Positions 36,961 to 49,907 of a stretch of 64,000 nt of DNA are shown piece by piece (position 1 is the first letter of the stretch; every line of letters starts with the position of its first letter). The DNA lies in NCBI GenBank assembly GCA_016748015.1, contig JAAOMT010000710.1:1-64000 (forward strand), given 5' to 3'. A program made the position numbers and the translations under genes. Source of the stretch: Geosiphon pyriformis uo1 (taxonomy: Eukaryota; Fungi; Glomeromycota). Under the pieces are notes generated by a model, which worked only from the letters and a program-made list of their open reading frames with translations, made no database searches and was not told where the DNA came from.

Positions 36961-38327
36961 TTATTGTTCTATTATAATTATTGGTTCTAAATTTTGAGAA
37001 ATATCTTCAGGATTAATTAAAGGGGAATGTGTACCAATTTGTGGAATTAATGGTTCAGGATTGTTTTTGGAATAATAGTGTTTTAATCTGTCTTTATGTA
37101 CAACTTTTGCTAGTATTTTGTCATCAAATCTTAACTTGTATAATCTATTGCCTAGAATTTCGTGGATATAAAATGGTCCATCTCATTTGTTTTCAAATTT
37201 TCCACTCCATTGTTTTTCAGCCTTAGTTCTGTGTAAGAGAACTTTATTTCCAACTTTAAATTTGTTGGTAATAGGTGGTAATTTGTTGTCATGTCTTTCT
37301 TTTTGTTGAGCTTGAGAATGTTCGATATAAGTTGCTACTATTCTTTTTTTTCCTTTCAGTGTACTAAGAAGAGTGTAGGTCCTTCTTTGGAGTGTTTCTT
37401 GAAAGTTCTCTTCATTAATTGGTTGCACAGGATATGTTTCTACTGTGAAATTAATTGGTAACATTGCTGTTCTTCCATAAGTTAAATCAAATAGTATGTG
37501 TTTTATAGTATCTTGTTTTAGTGTTCTGTATGCTAGTAACACTGATGGAATAAAAATATCTCATTCCTGCTCAAAGTCTGTTGAGACTTTGGCTAGAGAT
37601 TCACACAATGTTCTGTTGAAATGTTCTACAAGTCTATTTGTTTGAGGGTGATAAGGTGATAATAGAGGTCTTTTGACATTGAATCATTCACAAATTTCTT
37701 GTATTAAGTTGTTCACAAAATGTGTTTTTGATCAGATAAAAGTTTAATTGGACATCCATGTCTACAAATAATGTTTTCATAGATGAAATTTGCTACTGAT
37801 TTTGCATCTGCTCTTTGGATGGCTTTAGCTTTAGGCCATTTGGTGAAATAATCTACTGCTACTGCAATATAGCAATTTCTTTGGGTTGTGATAGGTAATA
37901 GTCTGACTAAATCAATTCCAACTTTGTCAAAAGGTTGTCCAACTTTGATTGGATTTAAAGGTTCTGTGGGGCGAGTTCCTTCTTTTCTTTGACAACTATC
38001 ACAAAATTTTACATATTGTCGAATGTCTTTTTGTATGTGAGACCAAAAATAATGTTCAAGAGTTCTTTGAATTGTTCCATCTCTTCCCAAGTGTGCTGAA
38101 GACGGATCTGTGTGCATGTTATATAAAATTGTTTCTTTTTTATTCTCTTGTACTAATCTGAATGGTTGGTTTGGGTTTCTGTGATTTTTATAATAAATTT
38201 TGTTGTGGTGTATGAAATATTGCTTTGATTGGTGTTGTAAACAATGTTTTTCACTTGGAGACCAATTCTCTGGCATGATAAGAGTCTCCAAATAGTTTTT
38301 AAGATTGCTGTAGTTTTTGGGATCTAT
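36961..38327 (-). pseudogene. Element 2 integrase
   Basis: MHTDPSSAHLG...CDSC, VGIDLV, LLSDQ, DGPFY. Ends LEPIIIIEQ*. Confidence 0.88.
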
Positions 38328-38384
38328 TGTTGTTTGGTTATTTTGTTGGTAGGTTGGTAAGTTATGGTGGAATTGTTGTTGGTA

Positions 38385-41300
38385 TTAGTCTTGTCTCATT
38401 TTTGAGAGGCTATCAACATTGGTGTGTAGTTTTTCTGGTTTGTGATGTACAATGTATCTGTAGTCTGCTAGGAAGTCATTCCATCAAGACTGTTTGGTAC
38501 TTTGTTCAGTTTTCTTTTTATTAAGCCATTTGAGGCCAATATTGTCAGTTATTATGTCAAATTTTTTTTTATTCTTCAGGTATTGTTGAAAATGTTTAAG
38601 AGCCCAGATGACTGCAGTGGCTTTCAATTCAGTTGAGCCATATTTGAGTTCTGTTGGCTTGAGTGTTCTACTGGCATAGGCAATGACTTGTTCCTGGCCA
38701 TTTTCATTCAATTGTGATAAAATAGCACCAAATGCTATGTATGAAGCATTAGTGGCTAATTGGAACTGTTTGTTGAAGTCTGAGTAAGCAAAAACTGGGG
38801 CTGTTGTCAATTTTGTTTTGAGAATTTCAAAAGCTTTTTGTTGTTTTTCAGTCCATTTGTATGGCACGTTTTTGTTGGTAAGATAATTGAGTGGTTTGGC
38901 AATTTCTGAGAATTCTTTTATGAATTTTTGATAGTAAGAGGCTAATCCTACAAATTCTCTTAGTTCTGTGGTATTTCTGGGGGTTTGAAAGTTTTTGACA
39001 GCACTGATTGTTCCTGGATTTGGTTTGACTCCATCTTTACTAACTATGTGTCCAAGAAAGATCAAGCTTGTTTTTCCAAAGTAACATTTCTCAATGTTTA
39101 ACTTTAATTCTGCTTTCTGTAATTGTTAAAAAACTTCTCGCAGGTAAATGAGGTGGGCTTCAAAGCTTGGTGAGTATACATCAGTATCATCAAGATAGAC
39201 AACTACTGATTGCCATAAAAGCCCTTCATATACAACATCCATGCATTGCTGAAATGTTGCTGGTGTATTACAGAGTCTAAAAGGCATAACATTGAACTTA
39301 TAGTTTCCTTCTTGAGTAGTGAATGCTGTTTTGGGTCCATTTTGACTTGCCAGTATTCACTTTTCAAATCTAAAGTTGAGAAGAACTTGGCTTTTCCTAG
39401 AGCATCTAGCATGTCATTAATTCTTAGAAGAGGGTAGACATCTCCAATTGTAACATTATTTAGTTGTCTATAATCAACACAGAATCTGATTTTTCTATTT
39501 TTCTTTTTAACTAAAACTACTGGTGAGGCCCAAAGACTTCTTGATGGTTGAATCAATTCATTATTGAGCATTCTTTGGATCTCTTCTCTAATGAATTGGT
39601 GGCTGGCAGATGGCACTCGATAAGCTTGTTGATGTTTTGGTGGAGCATTTCCTGTATGGATCTGATGTTGAACAATGTTCGTTTTTCCCAAGTCATTGTT
39701 GTCTTTGCAAATATATCTGCAAATTCAGCTATTAATTGTTTTAATTGTCTTTGTTGTTGAGATTCTAAAAGACTCATGTTGATTTGAGAGAGTTTTTCTT
39801 TTAAAATGTGGTAGTTTTTAGTGGTGGAAATAATATTTGGATTTGGAAGTAGAGTGTGCTTTACAATTTCAATGAAATTAGAGACAATTTGAGGATTTTT
39901 ATCTTGAAAGATATTGCTGTGTATGATTCCAATTTCTAATTTGTTTAATAAGACAATAGGGTAATTATTGGGGTTGTAGAATATAACTCAAAATTTTTTC
40001 ATTTCTTTGGGAATATAAATGTTTGGAATTGATATTTCATCCTTCAAACAAATTTGTTCATTGGATTCAAAGATTTGTTGGGTAGTAGTGGGTTTTGAGC
40101 AAGTGTAAATTTCATGATGTTCTCCAAAATGTGAAATGATAATTGGTTGTAGAAGTTGAAGAATCTGGTGAGATTCATTTTATATATTAAGAGCTATGTT
40201 TACTGGAACTGTAAATCGTCCAGTTGAACCAAAACCTTGCATTCTTTTTTCACTTTTTCCCAATTGTTCTCTGTTGTTAACTGATTGTAAACCCGAAATA
40301 TTAATTAAGGATAAGTAAATTGCTTGAGTGATTTTTTCAGCATGTTCAATCTTGAATGGTTTGTCTGTTTCATTCTGCAACATGATGGTAATGTCTCCAG
40401 TGTATCCTGTATCTATAACTCCTCCTTTAATATTGATTCCTTTGCTTGCCAATCATAATTTGGAGGCAATTTGAATCATTGCTCTTGGTGGTATTTTAAG
40501 AGCAATTTTGAGATTGATTTTTGTCAAGGACTTTGGTTGGAAAGCCAAAGTATCTTTTCTTGGGTATCTTAGATCATATCCAGCATCAATTTTGTGTGCT
40601 TTTTCTGGTCTGATTCCTTGGCCATGGTTGTCAAAATATTTAAGTTGTAGAGATGGTTGCTTTTTAAAAAGATAGATAGAGGTGGTTGGTAGTTCTTCTA
40701 CTAGTTCAGATACTCCAAATTTGATTTTATTTTCATTATTCTCATTTGGCAGAGGAATGCTAAGAGCATAGCATTCTAAACACCATTGGTCATCACAAAG
40801 CATGATGCATTTTTCATATAATTAAATGTTTATTTGCTCTAATTGTTGAATTTGAGCTTCTTTGGTCAGATATGTGTGGCTTGCAATTTGGTGATATGTT
40901 TCTGCTTCATCTTCATAATCAAATCCAGCTAATTCTATGGTGTACTCAATGTATTCAGCTTCTTTTATTTGGCGTACATCTTCTTGGGTGGCTCCATTGA
41001 TTAAAGCCATTGCTAAGTTAAAAATCATTTCAGCATCATGTGGGTAATGGTATAGTTTGTTGAGAACACTATTGTATACTGCATTAAATGGTGTTTCTCT
41101 TCTCACTTTTTCCAAAATTGATAGAGCATATTGACAGGTTTGATCACATACTCCTTCTCTCATTACAACATCAATTCAGTTGCATTTTTTTGATAACATA
41201 TTTCCACATGTAAAGCAAGGTGTGTTGTACCATTTTTCACTTCTTTTTGGAGATCCAAATCGTTTTCTATAGCATGCTTTGCAAAAGTAACAGGTACAAG

Positions 41301-43995
41301 TTTCATATTCCTCTTCTGGAAAAATACATGCTCCCATTGATGAAAGTTTTTTGTTGCAATCTTTGTATTTGAGTAAAATATAGGGTGGTTGTTTCTATAG
41401 TTCTGGTGTAGAATATCTAACTTTCTTTCATCCTCTTGATTCTTCAAAAATCTCTTGTTCTGTTTTCTCAGTCCAATTGGATGTTGATCTAAGTGCCATA
41501 TAGGTTTCAGTAAGTGGTATTTCTTTCTCCTCTTCATATTCAAATACTGGGGGTTTTTCTAATTGTTTGTTAAAAGTACCACAAGTAGCAAGTACTATAG
41601 TGTGTTGTCCTTGGTATGAGATTTTTAGTTCTTGAGTTTCCCAATCTAAGTTTGCATTGGCTTTAAGAAGCCAATTATTTCCAACCAGAGCTTAATATTG
41701 GGGTGTATCTATGACTAGCACTTTGACTGGAATGGTGATTCCATTAATGGTGAATGGAAAATTGTCAATTTCTCTTACTGGTGTCTTTTTCATACCATCT
41801 GCTATAACAATTACAGTTTGGGCTGGTCTGTCAACAGTTCTTTAAAGCTGCTGCATTAACTAATAAGTGATAATACTTCCAGCTGATCCACTGTCTAGAA
41901 TTAATTGGATGGGTTTTCCTTCTACTGTAGCTTCAGTATACATAGCAGTAATAGCTTTTTGTTCATTAACTGCTGTATTACTAAGCAAAAATGGTGATTC
42001 ATTTGCTTCAAATTCGAATGGAAATATATTTGAAAGGTTGGCATTTTGAGCAATTTGAGCTAATGAAATGGTATGGTTGGAAGGATTTGTTCTTGGTACT
42101 GTAGCTTCATCTTTAGAAAGTGCAGTTTGTTAAAAATTCGATTTTTCAGTCATTGTTAAATAACTGGGTTGAGTGTGAAAGTAATTTGGTTTTTGCTGAC
42201 CAGAATTTTGGGGAACTAATTGGTTATTTGGGTTGATTCTATTGTTTTTATTCTGAAATTGATTTTGAGATGTGAATTGGTTATGTTGAACCAATTTTCT
42301 GGCTGGTACTTAATATTGTTGAAGGGGTTGTGTCTGATATTGCTGAATTGGTAAAGGTTGCTGATATTGTTGCTGCATTGGTTGTGGAGCTGGTTAATAG
42401 TAATTGTTTTGATTTTGGGGTCTTGGTGAATAATAATTTGGTGGTGGAGGTTGGTAATAGGATTGTTGTGGTGAAGAATAATGTTGATTACTCCTATTTT
42501 GTTGGTTTCTTTGTAATTTCCTACAATCTCATTTCCAGTGTCCTGGAATTCCACAATAATGACAATTTTGAGGTTGGTTGTTGGATGGTGATTCGAAATT
42601 GTTTTGGTTGCATCATTGTGGGGGTTGATATCTTTGTGGTTGTTGTTGCTGTTGTTGTTGGTTTGTGAAGTAGCTTTCAACCTTCTTTGTAAGTTGGTCT
42701 ATCTTCTCTTCAGCTGCTGAACTGGTTTCTCCAATAGCTAAGTTGACAAGTTTGGTGTGGTTTGCTTCTTCCATAGCCATTTCATAGTTCTTTGCATGTT
42801 TGATGGTAGTTGCTAAGTCTGCTGGAGCATGTGGGTGGACTTTCTTAATCAGTTTGTCTTTTAACCTTGCTATAAACTGGTCCAGAATCTGAGCATCAGA
42901 ATAATAATTATTGGTTTCCAATTGTCGAATCCATCGAAAAAGTTTGTTGAATCTTCTAAGATAAGTCATAACAGTTTCAGATGTTTCTTGTTTGATATTG
43001 CAAAAGTGATTGCGGAGAGTAATAGAGGTGTTGTTGTCAGTGAATTGTTGTAAGAAAGCATCTTTAAATGCTTGCCAGTTTTTAAATAGTTTTTCTAAGT
43101 TTTCAAACCATTCTTCTGCAGTTCCTTGGAGAAAATATGAGATTGCTTTAAGCATTTTTGCTGCAATCCAATCATTTGCATCTCCTGCTTTTTGAACTTT
43201 GTCAAGCCATTTTTGAGGACTGGTATGATTATCTTCACCAGTAAATTCTGGAATCTTTGCAATGTAAGCAGTTGTCATTTTTTTTTTGTTTTCTGTGATT
43301 TCTTTTGGTTCTGATTCAGTTTCTTCACTTTCCAAGCTTTCTGAATGATTACTTTCGTTTTCCTGTAAGTAATCAATGATATTGGCACTTGTTGATATTG
43401 GTTTTTGTTGTTGAGTAGGATTTCTAGGTAACTGAAAATCTTCTGGTCTGGAGAAATGGTTAAGTAGTGAACTTGGTGTTTGTAGTTGAACAAGTGAAAT
43501 TGGAAATGATGTAATAGAAAGTGGTAATTTGACACTGGTTTCTTGTTCAAGTGTTTGCAAGTGTTTGGCAGTTGTTTTTGGTAGTATTGGAGTGTTTGGA
43601 ATGGTTCTTGAGTATTGTTTTACTTTTTGTTTGCCTTTGTTACTTGTCTCTGTTTCTAATTCAAAGTTAAAAGAGTATTTGGGCTGTACTGGATATTTTT
43701 CTTTACAATACTCGATAATATTAAAATTAAGTTCTTGGAAGTAGGTAGCAAGTGTTTCACTGTTCAGGTCTTCTGTTCCCAATTGTGAATAGTGCACTAA
43801 ATTATTGTAGAGGTTGCTTTTAACTTCTGAAATGTTGTAGTTTCCAAAAAGATAATTGTTGATGCAATTTTCAATATATTGGTATACTGATTTCTTGACA
43901 ACTTCAATTCCGTCTGGAATGTTGAATTTTTGCTTACAGTGGGTGTAAATTGACTGATGATATTCTAGAGTTGTTGTGTCTGGTATGGTTGCCAC
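38385..43995 (-). pseudogene. Element 2 Gag-Pol: extended Gag, CCHC, protease, Cys-rich domain, dUTPase, RT, RNase H
   Basis: IPEFTGED capsid start, CHYCGIPGHWK*DC, ILDSGSAGS, dUTPase, FCVDYRQLN, YLDD, ATNAS. Confidence 0.92.
40210..40620 (-). other. dut: dUTPase domain of element 2
   Basis: DAGYDL, IASK, GGVIDTGYTG, KITQAI, RMQGFGSTG. Confidence 0.92.
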
Positions 43996-44040
43996 TTTGA
44001 ATTTGTTGTTGCTGTGTTATTTCCATGGGAAAGCACTAAA

Positions 44041-44981
44041 TGTTACTGGAGGTTTTTGGTCTCTTTTTTTGAATGTTATAAATGTCTGTTGGTTGCAAAT
44101 TCACGTTTTCTAGAAGTAGTTAAACCTCCAATAACTGAATTTATCTTCAAATTATCTTCTATAATTTGAACTTGCTGGGCTTATAAGTGGAATGACCAAT
44201 TTTTTGCCAGTTACTTTATGTAGTTACATTGTAGTAAATATCAACCCTTTCTCAGGAATTGCTTGTCTAGAAGCTCACTAAAAATATGTAGTTACTTTGC
44301 TGTGAAAGTCAACTCTTTTACAGAAATCTCGTCTGTAGGCTACCCTAATAATTATAATAAGAAAATAAAAAAAAAGTAAAAAAAATTGAATACTGTCAAG
44401 GAAAACGTTTTCTATCCAGGCCTGAAGTCACTAACAATTTACTGAAATTGGTAGCTAATCAATTTCAAAATGTTAATTGGGTTTTGGAAATTTTCCAAGT
44501 GTAATAATTAAAAAATTTGGTTTTTCAAATTATTTGATATTTATTTCTTTTTTTGTGTGTAGGAATGGTTCTAAGTAATAAATCTAAAGTAAAATACATT
44601 TTCTTGAAGAGAAAAGCTTTTCTTTTATACAACTTGTTGTAGTACTAGTCTATGGACTTGCACTTTTTCTCTTTGCTCAAATTTTGGCAAACTAAAGATA
44701 CATTTTGATAAACTACAAGTTATTTTGCTGAACTATTGATTAATTTGGGTGAACTATTCATAATTTCGGCGAATTTTAGAATGTTACAAAGTTCAGGATA
44801 TTGTGTAATTTGATCATCCTACTTTCTGTCATACTAATTGGATTATTTAATTGAATTGTGATATGTGATAATTGATTAAATAATAAGTGATAATTTGAAA
44901 TGATATTAATATACTAATTAATTTATAGAAATTATAAGAGTAATTTCATGCTAATTGATAGCTAAAATTCTACTGATAATA
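44041..44981 (-). repeat. 5' LTR of element 2
   Basis: Near-identical to 35119-36091 apart from transitions and short indels. Confidence 0.95.
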
Positions 44982-44998
44982 ACATAAAAAAAACATAT

Positions 44999-45880
44999 TG
45001 TTACAGATGATTATTTGGGGTCTCAAGTCAAATAACAAATCCGTAACTTGGTGCTGGGTTGGTATTCTGGTGTCGATATCTGAAGGTTTTGTTGTGGAGT
45101 CCTTTGTATAATGGACAGAGATTCAAGTATTGTCTTTCTCATAGCCTCCCGGAATCACAATTCCATCAAATTTTTTTCTCAGCATGGTGGCTGGTAATCT
45201 TGGCAGAGATGCCTTTCTAGTAAGCTATCCTTAAATTTTCAATTCCTATACTCTTTTTTTGGGGTCTTTTACCAGACTATCCTTGATGTCAATAACTCAG
45301 CACTTAATTTTTAATCAGTTTAGTAAAACCAACAAAATGACAAAACAAAGAAAATAAAAGACAAAAATAAAGAAATAAACGAAAACAATTACAAGTTAGT
45401 ATCCCATCAATAGCTGTGATCAAGAGTTATTGTTCTCATGTGATTAAGTATTACTTACTATTAACATAAAGTGTTGATAATAGAGAGTGGATTAAGATGG
45501 TGAATAATTATTTATTGATATTGGTGAATGGAAGGTTGCTTAGATCAAATCTAAACTGAGAGATCTGTCTTTTCTACTTCTAATGCTATCGCTATATATA
45601 TATAATTTGGGTTCTACGAAATCACTCACATTTTCAAGTGATGTGCTATAATTTTTCAAGCAATGTTCACATTGCTAAACAATATGCTGTATTTTTTTGA
45701 CATCACTCCACATTGCTGAACAATGTGCTGTGATTTCTGACATTGCTCCATATTGCTGAGCAATGTGCCATACTTTCTGACATTGCTCCATATTGCTGAG
45801 CAATGTGCTCATGTGCTAACTACTATTCTCCTATTGGTCTTCTATTTTCCTATATCTGTTTTTTTTTTCTATGAGTAACA
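44999..45880 (-). repeat. Solo LTR related to the element 1 LTR, with a different U3
   Basis: TGTTAC...GTAACA termini and TSD ATAT. R/U5 similar to 24513-25120. CATTGCTCCATATTGCTGAGCAATGTG-type tandem array at about 45650-45810. Confidence 0.9.
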
Positions 45881-46729
45881 ATATACAAAACAACAGAAAA
45901 AAGCAAACAAAAAGCACTTGTTAATAACACATATTTTACAAAAGCTTTAGCCAAAATGTTTTTCTGAATATCAATATTTTTAGTACAAATAAAAGCATAA
46001 TCAAACAATTCTACTTTATTATACAGCAAACACAACATATCAGAATACATCTTATTATACAATTTTTTTTTAACTGTCATAAGTAGCCATTTATGTATAG
46101 CTTTTATCAAATATGTATATTGGTTGGCAGATTTCTTATTAGTAAATCCAAAAAGCATGTACAAATTAAGATGCCAGACTTTTATAATAGTCATTCAATT
46201 TACTTCTTTAATTATTGCATTTAAGACTACACTAAAACCAAAACCAGCCTTTCAATAAGTACAATTATTCTTAATTATAGTAATTAACAATATTAATTTT
46301 TTATTTTTTATTTTATTTTTTTTATTTTTTTATTTTTATTTTATTTTGGAATAACAACATTAAAAATCAACTGTTTGATAATAGATTTCATAATAGCTTG
46401 GTAAAAAAAAGACTTTTTTTTAGTGTTGGATATTAATTTTATTTTACTAGTTTACCAGAAAAATAAAAAAACAATACTAAATCTTAGTAATTGTACTTAA
46501 TTAACTTAAAAAAAAAGCTTATATCTATAATTATAAACTGCTAAAAAATATTTTTTTGTGTCTTATAATTAAAAAGCTTTATAAATAAATTTACATATAT
46601 TGAAAATTTTCAAAGACTGATAAAACATGGTATATATTTTACAAATTTAAAAAAAATTTGACAGCTTTCTTATTTATATCTTGAATGTTAAAAGTTATAA
46701 TACTATATTACCAAGTTTACTTGTAATAT

Positions 46730-47455
46730 TGTTATGAATTGGAGTAACAAACTAATAGATAGCAAAGAAAAACAGAATTATAAGATAATGGAAATAATCA
46801 AAGAAAAAATTACAATAAGAAAGTAAATTAAATAAATAAGAATTTAATATACATAATCAATCTCATAAAAATTACAATTGCAAATCTTTTCTGGAAATTT
46901 GAAAGTAGAGAAATAATCTGTAATTATCAATAAAATAATACTGCTGCTATTATTCTATGCTTTAATTCAGTAATTTTTAGAATTAATAACAAATATTGTT
47001 GTGCTTTTTAATCATTTTTTTATTCAATAAATTACAAGAGCAAGCAATTGCTTCTTAGGCTAATTCTAACAAATACAAATTAAGAAAAAGAAAAAATAAG
47101 ATATGTAAATGCCAACAAATAATTTTTTATTTCAAAATATTCAGATACTTGAAGGTAGAGAAAAAAATATAAGCAATATAAGAGAAAGTAATTAATAGTG
47201 GATTTTATTGTATTACTTTAATTATATCTTTTTATAGCTAAGAGATTCATTGCTTATATAGCTATTAAAAATAGTCAACAACTAAATTAACAATTAAGTC
47301 AATAATTAGGTCAATAATTAGATCATTAATCAGATTAATAATCAGGTCATTAATCAGATCAATGATCACTATCTAAAAATAAGGTGGCTAATTATATAAT
47401 ATTAATGATTAATATATGTGATAATTAATAAAAAGTATAAGTTTCAACCATAACA
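46730..47455 (-). repeat. Old solo LTR (fifth family)
   Basis: TGTTATG...CATAACA termini, TSD ATAT, TATA near 47255 and AATAATCAG(G/A)TC-like tandem array at 47290-47365. Confidence 0.75.
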
Positions 47456-47882
47456 ATATTATATAATTCTTTTTGTAAATAATTTAGCCAGTAAACCAGT
47501 TTAAACAAACAAACAAAAAATAAAGTAATGCAATAATAATTACTTCACAAATGACAACTCTATTAGCACCTTATATAAAAAACATGAAATAAAGATTTTA
47601 TAAAGTATGTACATGTGTGTAATTTAAAAATAAAGGTTGTTCATTATATCATCGATAATCATGTGATCTATAAACCAGACAGTGGTCCGGAAAGATCACA
47701 TGATTTTGCACAGTCCCTATGCACTTCCCGTTTCGATAATCACGTGGAATCTTTTCAAACATGATTTAGATTATGAGTCAAAATCAAGGAAATCAAATCA
47801 AATAGTTTGAGAAACTTGGTTTTCACGAATTTTAAGGCAAGTTGTTCAACTAGGGATTTTGTGTGATTACTTCTGGTTTATT

Positions 47883-48072
47883 AAGAAAGAAAGGCGGAGG
47901 TGACCCTTAAGTTACACGCTAGTTGGAATTTCTTATTGTACGCATCTCTTTGATTATCAAGAAATAAAGGCCTCAGGTAATCTCTTATGGTTACATGTTG
48001 GCTGGTAATTTCGGGGATGAAGAATGAAAGGCGGCGGTGACTCTTAAGTTACACTCTCGTTAGAATTTCTTA
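47883..48072 (+). repeat. Imperfect 53-bp direct repeat pair upstream of the host gene
   Basis: AAGAAAGAAAGGCGGAGGTGACCCTTAAGTTACACGCTAGTTGGAATTTCTTA (47883) versus AAGAATGAAAGGCGGCGGTGACTCTTAAGTTACACTCTCGTTAGAATTTCTTA (48020). Confidence 0.8.
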
Positions 48073-48401
48073 ATTCCGGTTTTCAGGATTGTTCTCATTA
48101 TCACGAACTCTTGTTGATTTCTTTTTCCTTTTATATATAGGAATCAAAGAAATCATTAGACGTCAATAAGTGGTGGGATCAATGGGGTATTGACCATTAT
48201 AAGAAAAAAGATCAAATTCCCGGACGAGCTCGCAAGTATTATAGTAAGTGTTTCATGATTAGAAAACCGATAGAAATATATTTAGATGAATGCATAAAGC
48301 GACGTTTAAAAAATCAAGATGCTCTGACACAAGATTCTCAGGGGAGTGATAAATAATTTCATTTGGGACGCTTTTTAATAACATTATTACATTTACAGAA
48401 A

Positions 48402-49907
48402 ATGTCAAGGCTTGTATCACATAAGTCCGTTCAAGATCTCTTCCGAAAATACGTTAACCAACTTTCGAAAATAGGACCTTCAAACCACGATCATCCCGCG
48501 TTTTCAAACATCCTTTTTTTGCCTGATAGAGAAAATTTATTATCTGTTTTTACCCAAGTCGATTTGAAAGAAATAGAAGGCCTTAGTCTGCAAAATTTCA
48601 CTTTAAACGCGACACAAAGATATGAATTAGGGGAATTATTCAAAAGAAAAATCGAAAATCCTCCCAAACAAATTAACATTATAGATGATTCAATAATCAC
48701 CTGTCCCATTGACATTGGAATGATAGATTTTCTATCTATTGAAGATTCACCTGTTTATCATGATAACGGATGGGATAATGAATTAGATCTCGAGGAATTT
48801 GCAACTGGTCTTACTAAATCAATGTATGTATAATTTCCTTTTCGACCATTTATTCACAAAATTTACGTTATTTTATTTAATCATTAGGGCCAATATTATC
48901 CAGAAAAAAAAAATGTATTATCGTGATATTAGTGAGAATACTTATACAGTGATGGTATTATCAAAGCTTTTTGAACCCTTATTTGACAATATCATTGGCG
49001 TCAAACTTTTTTGGTTAAGTATTGGTTAAACCTTTCAACTACTTCATCATTACATTGGCTTGAATCGTTCAACTATTTTTAGGGCTGAACTGGAGTCGCC
49101 TTCTTCTAAGAAAAGAAAGAATTTGGAACAGGAATTCTCTTCTAAAAGATCCAAAAAGGTCTCGCAACAATGTAAAAATAATTTTTTGCCTAATTTATCT
49201 TACTAATACTAGAGTTTAATAGAATAAAACACAACGGGGACATAAGTCTGATTTTAATCTTTCATGGGCTTCAGAAAATATGAAAAACGAGCTTGTTCTT
49301 GGCGAGTTTGTTAAACCCACACTTGTAGATCCAAAAAAATATCAAATGGATCGTTTCAAATTAGCTCGCATGCTCAAGGACATTTTTGATGGTCGCATTA
49401 AAGAACTCCTCAAAACTGGTCATATTAACCAACAAATTTTCGACATCGCACGTACTTTCAAAGTTTTCGGAATATTTTCTTACGGTAATCTTCAAGTTTT
49501 TTTTTAATTATAAAAAAGATATTAATTTGTTCATTTAATATTAAGGCGGTAATATCGACATCTGGTGTCTAGATCAACCATACTATCAAGTATATGTTTG
49601 CAAGGAATTGTTTTTTTTCCCCGTCCCAACAAGGATACACGAGAAGTACCTCTCAGATTTGTTTACTGCGATTGAAATGTGCTGGAATTTGAAGGTGATT
49701 ACTGTTTATTACATAATTAATTAATTAATTAATTTTCCCCTTGAAAGTTTAACTTATCAATCTCAATTATATAATCAGTCTTTGATTATGATAGAGATGA
49801 AAAAAATTGCGGAAATAGAAGTGATTCTAAAATCAAATCCAAGCAATACACATTCCGATAAACTAATTGAATTCATATCGGAAACAAGCAAGTCTCCATT
49901 TAGATAA
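48402..49907 (+). CDS. Multi-exon protein with a C-terminal PD-(D/E)XK restriction-endonuclease-like domain (Crinkler/REase effector-like); 5' end uncertain
   Basis: In-frame GT-AG introns at 48824-48887, 49014-49082, about 49159-49222, about 49485-49545 and about 49695-49778. Spliced product has SENTY...W-AELES.SS..RK...GHKSDF...ELVLGEF...DRFKLARMLKD...VFGI...LD.PY..Y...P. Stop at 49905-49907. A possible upstream exon at 48141-48345 does not join cleanly. Confidence 0.7.

Larger units (their letters stand above)
35119..44981 (-). mobile_element. Complete Ty3/gypsy LTR retrotransposon 2 (dUTPase, extra 3' ORF)
   Basis: LTR pair, TSD ACAT (35115-35118 and 44982-44985), PBS at about 44022-44038, PPT GGAAGAGATTA at 36092-36102. 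Confidence 0.95.
33676..46260 (-). mobile_element. 5'-truncated LINE C split by three LTR insertions (pieces 33676-33786, 34709-35118, 44982-44998, 45881-46260)
   Basis: Pieces rejoin across the TSDs into the ORF2 C-terminus (KVWHL...KAIHKWL...CLLYNKVE), 3' UTR and poly(A). Confidence 0.85.

Noticed and set aside
36961-37180. Chromodomain at the integrase C-terminus
   Set aside because: Only the GPY/F module and a short tail are present in either element.
42128-42134. Programmed read-through stop between Gag and protease in element 2
   Set aside because: No equivalent stop in element 1; best explained as CAA>TAA decay.
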